The position numbers and the translations under genes were made by a program. The notes beneath the pieces were generated by a model. The model was not told the DNA's origin. It made no database searches and was given only the letters and a program-made list of their open reading frames with translations. From a virus (lineage: Duplodnaviria > Caudoviricetes), in the IMG/VR virus record IMGVR_UViG_3300001528_000621, positions 32,001 to 96,000 of that record: a stretch of 64,000 bases of DNA; one strand, 5' to 3'. This document shows positions 47,241-55,575 of this stretch, piece after piece. How positions within the stretch are numbered: the first letter of the stretch is position 1; each line of letters starts with the position of its first letter.

Positions 47241-47753
47241 ATGAAAAAGAAATATAGTTGTATAAATGGTGTTTCTTCGTGGAGCGAAGGTATAAAGAAC
47301 AACTCACCGGTAGGTATAGTGGTTAGTCCTAAAAAGACACTATTGTCTGAAGGAATTCAATTTGAACCTTCTTCAAACAAAAAAGGAGGGGTAATTGTTT
47401 TTTCTACGGACATAAATGCTGTAGAGCTTTCACCGAATAAACTTAGAAATTGGATCAAGCAAAAGATCTTTACACTCAGGAACAGGTTAAGAACTACAAA
47501 AATGCTTGATCTGATAGTAGGTAGAAGTTCGGATAGGATAGAAGGATGGACGATAGGACACTACTTTGATGGACGCTACAGAGCGAAGAATGGAAACACT
47601 TTTGGAGAAAAGTCTTTATCTCTTGAAATTATAGGTATTGAGTTTAATGCTCTACTTAAAATCGCAGAGGAGATTTGTAAGGAGTTTAAGCAAGAGAGTG
47701 TTCTTCTTCGAGATTTTTCAACAGGAAGAATTTTGTTTGTAGATCCTAATTAA
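47241..47753 (+). CDS. Hypothetical protein
   Basis: 170-aa ORF with C-terminal IAEEICKEFKQESVLL. Confidence 0.65.
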   Translation: MKKKYSCINGVSSWSEGIKNNSPVGIVVSPKKTLLSEGIQFEPSSNKKGGVIVFSTDINAVELSPNKLRNWIKQKIFTLRNRLRTTKMLDLIVGRSSDRIEGWTIGHYFDGRYRAKNGNTFGEKSLSLEIIGIEFNALLKIAEEICKEFKQESVLLRDFSTGRILFVDPN

Positions 47754-47763
47754 AAGAATATAC

Positions 47764-47840
47764 GCGTCGGTATGCAAACTGGATAAGCGGATAGTCTCCA
47801 AAACTATTTTGTGTGGGTTCGAATCCTACCCGGCGTGCCA
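47764..47840 (+). tRNA. tRNA-Trp(CCA)
   Basis: Acceptor GCGTCGG/CCGGCGT; ATAGT-CTCCAAA-ACTAT; G73 and encoded CCA. Confidence 0.9.
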
Positions 47841-47846
47841 AATTAT

Positions 47847-47920
47847 TGCTCTCTGGTGTAACGGCTAACATACCACGCTCTGAACGTGCGAGACTTCAAG
47901 TTCGAATCTTGAGAGAGCAA
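47847..47920 (+). tRNA. tRNA-Gln(CTG)
   Basis: Acceptor TGCTCTC/GAGAGCA; CACG-CTCTGAA-CGTG. Confidence 0.85.
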
Positions 47921-48091
47921 CTCACTATTTTCTATTTATTTCTATATTAGAGGAAAATGGAAAATTGTCAGAGATCAGTAGAAGATCAGATTATATTTCA
48001 ATTCTATAACATTAAAGAATATTCTTCAGGAAGTTTAGAAGAACATCAGAAATCTTCTATATCTTTATGTTGTTGAAATAAAAAGAACAAT

Positions 48092-48164
48092 TGAGGTGTC
48101 GTCCAACGGTTAGGACTTCAGACTTTGACTCTGGCAATGGCGTGTTCGAATCACCCCACCTCAA
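48092..48164 (+). tRNA. tRNA-Gln(TTG)
   Basis: Acceptor TGAGGTG/CACCTCA; TCAGA-CTTTGAC-TCTGG. Confidence 0.85.
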
Positions 48165-48176
48165 CTAAGAGTAAGC

Positions 48177-49162
48177 ATGAGAAATTCTTTACAAGAACAC
48201 ATACACATTACCTACCTACTAAGGGAGGTTGAAGAACGGTTTCTCACCGAAGAGCATGGTTATGTTCCGGAACTAGATAACTACCTTCAATGCTTTAGAG
48301 AAGCTTTACCCGAAAAATATACTCCTGGTAAAGTTTTTACGATTGAAGATAATGCTTTTCAGTCAATCTCGAATTTATTTTTTAAAGACATAACAATTCA
48401 GGTTGGAGTAACCTATTCAGAGAGTGCTACTAATACATTTCCTCAAGGAAGGTACTTAGCAGACAAAGCGTTCTTTTATAAAAAAGAAAAAAAGCTACTC
48501 TATCCGGTCATAGTTCTGCTATATGTTACAAACTCCGGAGCAGAAGTAGAGGATAAGTTGGTAGAATCATTTGCACATGAACTTACTCACTGTTACGAAG
48601 ATTATCAAAGAGGATTAAAAAACTCTGATTCGCTCAGCGACACAGTTACTCAAGGATATGCATCGTGCATACAGTACGGAAAAGATGCTCAACCTTCAGA
48701 AAAGATATTAAAAAGTATACTATATTTTCTAAATAAACAAGAACAGCATGCTTATGTTGGAGAATTAAAAGCTGCACTACAGAAAGGAACAGTAGAAGAG
48801 TTAAGAAGCTCTGAAGAAGTTTTTGATTTGCTAAAGAATTCATTTTTTACAAAAATTATAGAATTGTAGAAAAGTACATGGGTCGAATTCAAGCAGAGCA
48901 ATTTAAAGACAATACAAAGCATAACATGCTTCGAAAGTTTCAAGAAATTTATCCAAATAATAGGAAAATTAGGAACTTTCATGAACTTTCTAAACTGCTT
49001 GTTTCTATGTGGGAAAGATGGGATAGAAAATTTAAAAACTCTATCGGAAAAATAGCTTTCGATATTTATTCAGACAAAGTAGGTAAAGAAAAGATATACA
49101 AAGATCCAGGATTAGAAGATCTTCTTGAAAATTACTGGACCAATGTAATAGAAGTTGTGTAG
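48177..49162 (+). pseudogene. HExxH metallopeptidase-like paralog B1, frameshifted at T6 (48843-48848)
   Basis: FAHELTH..E..AYVGEL as in 49946. ORF 48878-49162 supplies the C-terminus (KFKNSIGKIAFDIY vs KFYTVAGKVCFDLY); one extra T joins the two parts. Confidence 0.7.
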
Positions 49163-49176
49163 TAGTTGTTTTTAAT

Positions 49177-49249
49177 GTCCGCGTCATCTAACTGGTTAGG
49201 ATCCGGGATTTTCAGTCCCGTTATCCCGGTTCGAATCCGGGCGTGGATA
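49177..49249 (+). tRNA. tRNA-Glu(TTC)
   Basis: Acceptor GTCCGCG/CGTGGAT; CGGGA-TTTTCAG-TCCCG. Confidence 0.88.
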
Positions 49250-49261
49250 CAAATAGAGGAT

Positions 49262-49335
49262 GGCCTCGTGACGCAACAGGTAGACGTGTTTGATTCAAAA
49301 TCAAAATTTTGAGGGCTCGAATCCCTCCGAGACTA
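49262..49335 (+). tRNA. tRNA-Leu(CAA) with short variable loop
   Basis: TTTGA-TTCAAAA-TCAAA; Leu-type D-loop (CAGGTAGAC); 5-nt variable region; T-loop CTCGAAT. Confidence 0.72.
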
Positions 49336-49348
49336 CAACATACAACAT

Positions 49349-49422
49349 TGCGGGATGGACAGGAGAGGTTCCTGCTCGGTCTCATAAGCCGAATGACGGG
49401 GGTTCGAATCCCTCTCCCGCAA
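49349..49422 (+). tRNA. tRNA-Met(CAT), initiator-like
   Basis: Acceptor TGCGGGA/TCCCGCA; TCGGT-CTCATAA-GCCGA. Confidence 0.85.
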
Positions 49423-49567
49423 CAAGAAGAGGTCCGGCCGAAAAAAGGGCCGCCCAGGCCGGGTAGCTTCTTCGCCAATTACATTCTCTCTTAAAGGAGA
49501 AGATAGTTTTCCTTAGGTAAAACCAAGATTAAATCTTACCTTTAAGAAAGATATAAGAAATGTATTA

Positions 49568-49742
49568 GCCTTAGTTTTCCTAAGGATTTTTAGATTAGAA
49601 GGAGCTTGAGTATTTGGGTTGTTTTCGAAGAGAGCTTCGTCACTAGGTAAAGCTAACTTGGTGATTTTTGGATAGAAAGCATACAAAACTTTCGAATGCT
49701 GATGGTACCTAGCTTCGACGTGTAGGTAAGTTAGGGAGAGGC
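49568..49742 (+). ncRNA. Unknown rod-like structured RNA
   Basis: Nested helices TTTTCCTAA/TTAGGGAGA, TTCGAAG/TTTCGAA, GTCACTAG/TTGGTGAT; no ORF. Confidence 0.4.
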
Positions 49743-49759
49743 CTTTTAGCCTACAAAAC

Positions 49760-49846
49760 GGAGAGTAATGCTGAACGGTGACAGCAGCTGCCTGCTAAGC
49801 AGTTTGTACTCTTTTTAGGTATGTGGTTCGATCCCACTGCTCTCCG
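49760..49846 (+). tRNA. tRNA-Ser(GCT)
   Basis: Acceptor GGAGAGT/GCTCTCC; GCTGC-CTGCTAA-GCAGT; long variable arm; G73. Confidence 0.85.
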
Positions 49847-49855
49847 CGCTCTTAA

Positions 49856-49943
49856 GGAAGTTAATTTACAGCGGCCTGTAAGCTGGTCTTGAAAACCAGT
49901 CGTACGTAAGCATTCGTATGGGGATCGACACCTCTGACTTCCA
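49856..49943 (+). tRNA. tRNA-Ser(TGA)
   Basis: Acceptor GGAAGTT/GACTTCC; CTGGT-CTTGAAA-ACCAG; long variable arm. Confidence 0.82.
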
Positions 49944-49945
49944 CT

Positions 49946-50863
49946 ATGAATTTCTTTTTAGAGCATTTACAAGCTTCTCACTTATATGGACTTGATCCTT
50001 GGGATCAAAAAGAGAAGTGCCAGGTTCTTCAAGAGAGACACGGATATGTTTCTAACTTAGATCCAATTCTAGATAAGATTTGGAGAGATATTCTTGATTC
50101 TAACCAAAAGGAAGGTTCTCTTTCTTTAGACTCTTATGGACTTTCTTTTATTTCTTCAGGCACTATATGGTATAATATAGACTCTCAGTTAGTTCGGATG
50201 CGAGGTTCTAGCCCCGATCAATTTGTGGTTCGGGACGGAAAAGCTTGTAATATTAAAATTGAGGTAGAGGTTGGAGGCTCTTTTCTTTACGTTAGAGAGC
50301 GAAACTTTAAAGTAGCACTATTTCACGAACTTTTGCACACATATGAAATTGTTCGAAGGGTTATTGGTAAGAAAGAACCAGACTATACAAAGCAAAGAAT
50401 GTACTATAGAGATGTAATGGAGTACATCAACAATCCTAAAAAGTACTTCCAGGAAATAGGACGGTTTTTGTACTACGACAATGCATCGGAAAGAAATGCT
50501 TACGTAGGAGAACTTCGAGCAGAGTTAAAGTTTTACGCAGACGAACTGGGTAATTCCATCACAGCTTTACATAGAATAAAAGAAACAGAGGTTTTTAGAA
50601 GATATTGGGGAATAGAAACATACATTTCAAAACTAAAAGAGGAGATAGGAAGAAATAACGAAAAGGGTTTGCAGTATTTGGAGCTTTGGAATGCTCTCGT
50701 ACCAGAAAGGTATCAGCACGGGACTGCAAAAGCCTTATTGCAGGATTTAGAAAAAAGGTGGTACAAGTTTAGAAAAAAATTTTATACAGTTGCCGGAAAG
50801 GTTTGTTTTGATCTTTACAATGAAACAAAAGAAATAAGAAAAGGCTTACCTGTAGAATTATGA
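49946..50863 (+). CDS. HExxH metallopeptidase-like paralog B2
   Basis: LFHELLHTYE...SERNAYVGELR (gluzincin-like third ligand); HGYV motif shared with 48177. Confidence 0.65.
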   Translation: MNFFLEHLQASHLYGLDPWDQKEKCQVLQERHGYVSNLDPILDKIWRDILDSNQKEGSLSLDSYGLSFISSGTIWYNIDSQLVRMRGSSPDQFVVRDGKACNIKIEVEVGGSFLYVRERNFKVALFHELLHTYEIVRRVIGKKEPDYTKQRMYYRDVMEYINNPKKYFQEIGRFLYYDNASERNAYVGELRAELKFYADELGNSITALHRIKETEVFRRYWGIETYISKLKEEIGRNNEKGLQYLELWNALVPERYQHGTAKALLQDLEKRWYKFRKKFYTVAGKVCFDLYNETKEIRKGLPVEL

Positions 50864-51012
50864 GTAATATAGGGTCTGTGGAGGTAGCTAACTCCCAGAA
50901 TCGAAAGCACGAACAGCCTCTACTGTATATAGCATGCTTAAAGGTTCGGTTGGATCGTTAGCCAATTCTCTGCTGCTCTCCAGAGAGTCGTTTATCAAGA
51001 GAGCTTTTGGCC

Positions 51013-51048
51013 AGCCTCGAAGAACATACTTCGGGGCTTTATTTTTTT
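51013..51048 (+). terminator. Intrinsic terminator
   Basis: AGCCTCGAAG-AACATA-CTTCGGGGCT followed by a T-rich tail. Confidence 0.75.
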
Positions 51049-51100
51049 CTTTAAATATTCAGATAATTTATATATCTTTAGTTTAAGGTTTAAGAAGAGA

Positions 51101-51784
51101 ATGAGAGTGAATAGAAACATACTCATTGTAGTAGCTCATCCTGATGACGAATTACTACTAGCAGGAGGACTGATAAGCAAACAGCAATCAGAGAAGTCTT
51201 GTCAAATTTCTGTCTGTACGTTAGCTAGTAATGCTGGAGCTCGTAGTACTGGTTCGGGTCCAGAAAAGATAGCTAAAAAGCAGAAAGAGGTTTTTAACAT
51301 ACTCAATCTTAAAGCTTACAATTACGGAGGACAAGATTCAAACTTGACTATTGAAAACCATTTAAAGATGGTACAATTTATAGAGTCTGTCATCGTACAG
51401 GAATATCCAAGTCTGATCATAACTCACAGTCCTTACGATACTCATAAGGATCATCAGATAGTGTCGCAGCTTGTCTCTGAAGCGTTCAGATATTTTCAAA
51501 GACCTTCAGGGCTATTGTCAGGAATAAAGGAGCTTTGGTGGGGGGAAGTGCCGTCGTCTACAGACTGGTCTGTATCGGCTCAATTTTGTCCAAATGTATG
51601 GATACCGTTAGAGGCTCAAGATCTCTATAGGAAGATAGAAGGTCTTGCAACGTATGACAAGGTCTTAAGGCCTTCGCCACATCCGAGATCTAGAAAAAAC
51701 TTAGAAGCATTAGCAACGTTTAGAGGAGGCCAGTGTGGAAGTACGTACGCTGAAGCATTCCAGCAAGTTTTCAGAATAGTGTAG
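51101..51784 (+). CDS. PIG-L/LmbE family N-deacetylase
   Basis: VVAHPDDE, THS..DTHKDH, YAEAF. Confidence 0.9.
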   Translation: MRVNRNILIVVAHPDDELLLAGGLISKQQSEKSCQISVCTLASNAGARSTGSGPEKIAKKQKEVFNILNLKAYNYGGQDSNLTIENHLKMVQFIESVIVQEYPSLIITHSPYDTHKDHQIVSQLVSEAFRYFQRPSGLLSGIKELWWGEVPSSTDWSVSAQFCPNVWIPLEAQDLYRKIEGLATYDKVLRPSPHPRSRKNLEALATFRGGQCGSTYAEAFQQVFRIV

Positions 51785-51787
51785 AGT

Positions 51788-52252
51788 ATGGAATTTTATA
51801 AGTTTGACGGAACTAAAGTAGATCTTGTAGAGTACGTAAACTCTCATCTTGAAAAGTATCCAGAAGATTCTATAGAGATCTTGGTTGGGACAGATTCTCA
51901 GATAAGAGGAAAAGAGACAGTGTTTTGCACTATTGTAGCAATGTACGATCTTGGACACGGAGCTCATTGTATATACAGGAGATGGAAAACACCTAGATTT
52001 CGGAAAGAGGAGATAGACAGACGATTGATGAAGGAAGTAGAAGCTTCAATAGATGTAGCTCAACTAATTAAGTTCAATTGCTGGGAAGATCCAAAATACA
52101 TCGATCTGGACATAAATCCAGGAGAAGAAGCTGGATCTAATATCGTCTATCAAGCTGCTTGCGGGTACGTTAAAGGTATGGGATATCAGTGTAGGTTTAA
52201 AACTCTTGGACCTCTTTGTACTACTTTAGCAGACTATGTTGTAAAACATTAA
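51788..52252 (+). CDS. RNase H-like protein (YkuK/DUF458)
   Basis: VGTDSQ, G.GA, RL..E...S, DLDIN..., AD near the C-terminus. Confidence 0.8.
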   Translation: MEFYKFDGTKVDLVEYVNSHLEKYPEDSIEILVGTDSQIRGKETVFCTIVAMYDLGHGAHCIYRRWKTPRFRKEEIDRRLMKEVEASIDVAQLIKFNCWEDPKYIDLDINPGEEAGSNIVYQAACGYVKGMGYQCRFKTLGPLCTTLADYVVKH

Positions 52253-52302
52253 AGAGCATCAAAAAATCTTTTTATATTTAGCTTGTTAAGTTATTAAAAC
52301 TA

Positions 52303-52569
52303 ATGAATATCAAAGGAATGAGAGGCATCTCATTGGTACGTGAATGTAGGTACTCCGAGCCCAATAGAAAGGAGACTATCATGGTAAAATATCAGTTCAG
52401 AGCTAAGTGTAATGCAGCAATACCGCTTAGTCATAAGAATTTTCAGGACCAGTATCTGTCAGAAAGCTATGAAGCACCAAAGCTGCCGCCAGTTGTAAAA
52501 AAGCATAAGAACGGAAAAGGACAGCAGAAACCTTCAAAACTTCAGAAGCACAAAAACTCTTACGCATAA
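52303..52569 (+). CDS. Small basic hypothetical protein
   Basis: ORF between a promoter-like TATATTTAG and a terminator. Confidence 0.45.
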   Translation: MNIKGMRGISLVRECRYSEPNRKETIMVKYQFRAKCNAAIPLSHKNFQDQYLSESYEAPKLPPVVKKHKNGKGQQKPSKLQKHKNSYA

Positions 52570-52584
52570 AAGAAACGTATCAAG

Positions 52585-52614
52585 AAAGGTCCGGCTACAG
52601 TAGTCGGATCTTTC
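52585..52614 (+). terminator. Intrinsic terminator
   Basis: AAAGGTCCGGCTAC-A-GTAGTCGGATCTTT inverted repeat. Confidence 0.6.
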
Positions 52615-52627
52615 TATTTAATTCGGT

Positions 52628-53605
52628 ATGAATTGGGAAGAAAAATTTAATAGGTTTAAGAACAGTACTACAGCTGAATTGTATGAAGAGAAGTACGGTT
52701 CGGTTGTAGGCCCGTATCTCTATGAACTTGGAGAAAAAGATAAAGTTCATAGAAAGCAATCCTGGTTCGTAGAGCAGCGGTACAACAGGATTCAAGAGTT
52801 CTATGATTTTGATCCAGACGGCGTACCGGTTGAAATTCAAGAACAGTTTCTTAAGAACAATAGACTTAGCTTGGATGCTATCATTGATGAAAATTTACAA
52901 ACACATGATGCTGAAAAGCTACGAAAAGCTCTCGAAAAAAGGTTTGGACCTCAACCAAAATTTAAAAACGAACAAGGATACATAACTTGGATACCTACAG
53001 GAGGAACAGAAAAAGAGAAAGGTATTCAAATGTACGAAAGAACGAAAGAAGCTTTTGAACACTGGAAAGAAGGTACATTAGGAAGCTTTGAGGTTTTAGA
53101 GATAGCTCAATTTTATGGGTACTTTATAACGAGAGTATCTTGGGGCGAAATTGTTTTCGAAGCCAACAAACCGGAAGATGTAACGAAATACGTAGAAAAT
53201 ATATGCGGGGGATTTGCATATCATGTTGTTCCTGAGTTTTTTGCAGCAGATATCCAGAAGAACGGTCTTCGAGTAAAAAACGGAAATACTTGGAATCTTG
53301 ATTGGGATAAAAACGGTACACTGTATCGAGATACTTCATACAGAAACACGACAAAAGATCAGTACCGGTATTTTCCTAAAAGAGTTTACATGCATGCAAC
53401 TCCTTCAACCGGAGAAAAACTAGAAAGAGAACTAAGGTCAGTAGCTGCAATGGCAACGGGTATGTCCTATGAAGATGTAGCTGTCTTTAAAGCCTACGTC
53501 AAAGGATTGACTTTCTATAAAGATCCGGCAATGGTCGGTGAAGATGACTGTGCAGTGTTCACGTATCACTCAATACCTTCTCAAAACCTTAAAAGAGTGC
53601 ACTGA
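52628..53605 (+). CDS. Paralog family A protein with ART/Tpt1-like C-terminal domain
   Basis: AYHV...DIQKNGLR...KRVY...FYKDPAM....FTYHSIP; IIDENLQTHD motif. Confidence 0.55.
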   Translation: MNWEEKFNRFKNSTTAELYEEKYGSVVGPYLYELGEKDKVHRKQSWFVEQRYNRIQEFYDFDPDGVPVEIQEQFLKNNRLSLDAIIDENLQTHDAEKLRKALEKRFGPQPKFKNEQGYITWIPTGGTEKEKGIQMYERTKEAFEHWKEGTLGSFEVLEIAQFYGYFITRVSWGEIVFEANKPEDVTKYVENICGGFAYHVVPEFFAADIQKNGLRVKNGNTWNLDWDKNGTLYRDTSYRNTTKDQYRYFPKRVYMHATPSTGEKLERELRSVAAMATGMSYEDVAVFKAYVKGLTFYKDPAMVGEDDCAVFTYHSIPSQNLKRVH

Positions 53606-53607
53606 CC

Positions 53608-54592
53608 GTGAATTGGGAAGAAAGATTTAAAGAATTTAAGAATGAAAAATCGAAAGATTTACTCTATGAAGAAAAATATGGACCGGTTGTAGGACCTTGG
53701 CTTCTTGAATTTAAAGAGAAGGATAAGTTTCATCTTCAAGCTTTTCGTAGAGCTAAAGAACGCTACGAAGGACTTCAGGAGTTCTTTAGAGCTTTTACAG
53801 ACGATGTACCTCAAACCATTCAAGAGGATTTTATAAAAGGTCTAAATTTCAACAAAAATTACATTCTTGAAAATCTTCAATCTCACGACTGGAAGAAAAT
53901 GTGGAGTCAAATTCAAACCTATTTCGGGAAGGAAATTGTAGGCCGAATGGAATCTTTAGGCGGAGAAGGAGGACTAAAATGTGTACAATGGTATCCTAAA
54001 ATTACACAAAAAGAACTAATTAGAGCTTTTTGGAGAGATATCAAAGACGAAAACTCTAAAGACGGAAAAGCTCTTCGGACAATTCTTAGGTTTTACGGAT
54101 ATTTTATTTCTCAAATAGAACAGTATAGCTACATTCTTTTAGAGCCAGAGTGGCCCGATAGTGCTTCTGATTTTGTTTTTAGGGAATGTAAAGAAGGGAC
54201 TATATACTGTATTATTCCTAGATGTAACGTAGATTTAATCTTAGAACGAGGATTTAAGTGTTCTAACGGAAATAAAATAGAGTGGAAAGAAGATTTCAAA
54301 AACAGGACTGGAAGATATCCAACCAAAGAGGAAACAAACAGTAATTTTATACCGTACAGGTTTTTTTCCAAAAAGGATCTACTTTTGTGCTTTTCCTTTT
54401 ACTGAAGTTGAATCAGAGTTAAGGAATATGACGAGAGAGCTTGAAAGGGACTGGACAGAAGTATCTATACTCAGAGCAGATTTGTCTGGCAGAAACATTA
54501 GCGTTTATCGAGATCCGGGTATGTTATCTAAAAATGCTTTCTTTACTTATGAGAATATTCCTAGACAACTAATTACTCTAATAAAAAGATAG
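53608..54592 (+). pseudogene. Paralog family A protein frameshifted at T7 (54361-54367)
   Basis: Removing one T gives YRFFPKRIYF...VYRDPGM..NAFFTYENIPRQLI*, collinear with 52628 (YRYFPKRVY...FYKDPAM..FTYHSIP). Confidence 0.75.
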
Positions 54593-54645
54593 TTTTTATT
54601 TTTCATAAATTCTATTTATATTTAGCTTAGAAGATAAGAAGAAAT

Positions 54646-54717
54646 GCCTCGGTCGTTCAATGGACAGGACAGCAGTCTTCTAAACTGCTTACCGGAGTTC
54701 GAGTCTCCGCTGAGGTA
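54646..54717 (+). tRNA. tRNA-Arg(TCT)
   Basis: Acceptor GCCTCGG/CTGAGGT; GCAGT-CTTCTAA-ACTGC. Confidence 0.88.
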
Positions 54718-54733
54718 CAAACTAAAAAAAGAC

Positions 54734-55105
54734 ATGAAAGATCAACTTTGAGAAAAGAAATTTGCTGAGTTTAAGAACGAAGGTACAGAAGCTAGTGACA
54801 TTCGTACGTACATTGAAGAGCATAAAGAGGAAATAATCAATGCTTTTGAGTACGATGATTCCGGAACAGACGTCTATCCTAGAGACTGCGTAGAAACTTT
54901 TACTCTCAATAAGAACATTACTGGTTGTGATCTTCGATTTACTCTAGAGTGTGTATCGGATCGAGACGGAGGCAATGAAGAGGAAGATGTTTTGGAATTC
55001 GAGATTAATGGACGAGATTGTCGAAACCCTAAACTCTATAGTGAAGAGGATAAGCTTGAAAGCTTGTTAGCGGACCTAGCATCTGAGCGACGATTTATTG
55101 AATAA
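54734..55105 (+). pseudogene. Acidic 123-codon ORF interrupted by TGA at codon 6 (missed by the ORF track)
   Basis: MKDQL*EKKFAEFKNE... then open to TAA at 55103. The TGA aligns with the Trp of WEEKFNRFKN / WEERFKEFKNE. Confidence 0.65.
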
Positions 55106-55209
55106 AGTAAGCTTTGAGTCTGTTCGAAAGGTAAAGAAATTCGACAGTCGTAGTTGAGAAGGCTTTACGATTCTCTCTACACGGTAGGTTAGCTTCACCT
55201 ACCAAATAC

Positions 55210-55280
55210 GTTCTTGTCGTCCAATGGAAGGACACATCTCTCCTAAAGATGAAATCTAGGTTCGAGTCCTAGCTAGAATA
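55210..55280 (+). tRNA. tRNA-Arg(CCT)
   Basis: CATCT-CTCCTAA-AGATG; T arm CTAGG-TTCGAGT-CCTAG. Confidence 0.82.
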
Positions 55281-55287
55281 CAAAATT

Positions 55288-55372
55288 GCCTTGGTGATGG
55301 AAAGGTAGACATGGGGGACTTAAAATCCCTTGGGCAGCAATGCCCGTGTGGGTTCGAATCCCATCTGAGGCA
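55288..55372 (+). tRNA. tRNA-Leu(TAA)
   Basis: Acceptor GCCTTGG/CTGAGGC; GGGGA-CTTAAAA-TCCCT; long variable arm. Confidence 0.9.
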
Positions 55373-55380
55373 CCGCGATA

Positions 55381-55570
55381 GGGTCGCAAACTTCGCCACA
55401 ATCTATGGTTGGGCATTGCAGACACTCGGATGAGCTCTTAGTACTGCAGCAAATCTCATCAAGATGTCTTACTTAGGTCTATAGAAACCGCGGAGTGAAA
55501 ACCTAAGAGTTGAGGAGCTCCTCATAGTAGAATAGCTTGTGCCTCCTTAAGGTAGTACGGTTTGCGATCC
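55381..55570 (+). ncRNA. Unknown ~190-nt rod-like structured RNA
   Basis: 12-bp terminal stem GGGTCGCAAACT/GGTTTGCGATCC; inner helices GGCA/TGCC, GAGCTC/GAGCTC, CTTAGGT/ACCTAAG. Confidence 0.5.
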
Positions 55571-55575
55571 GATAC

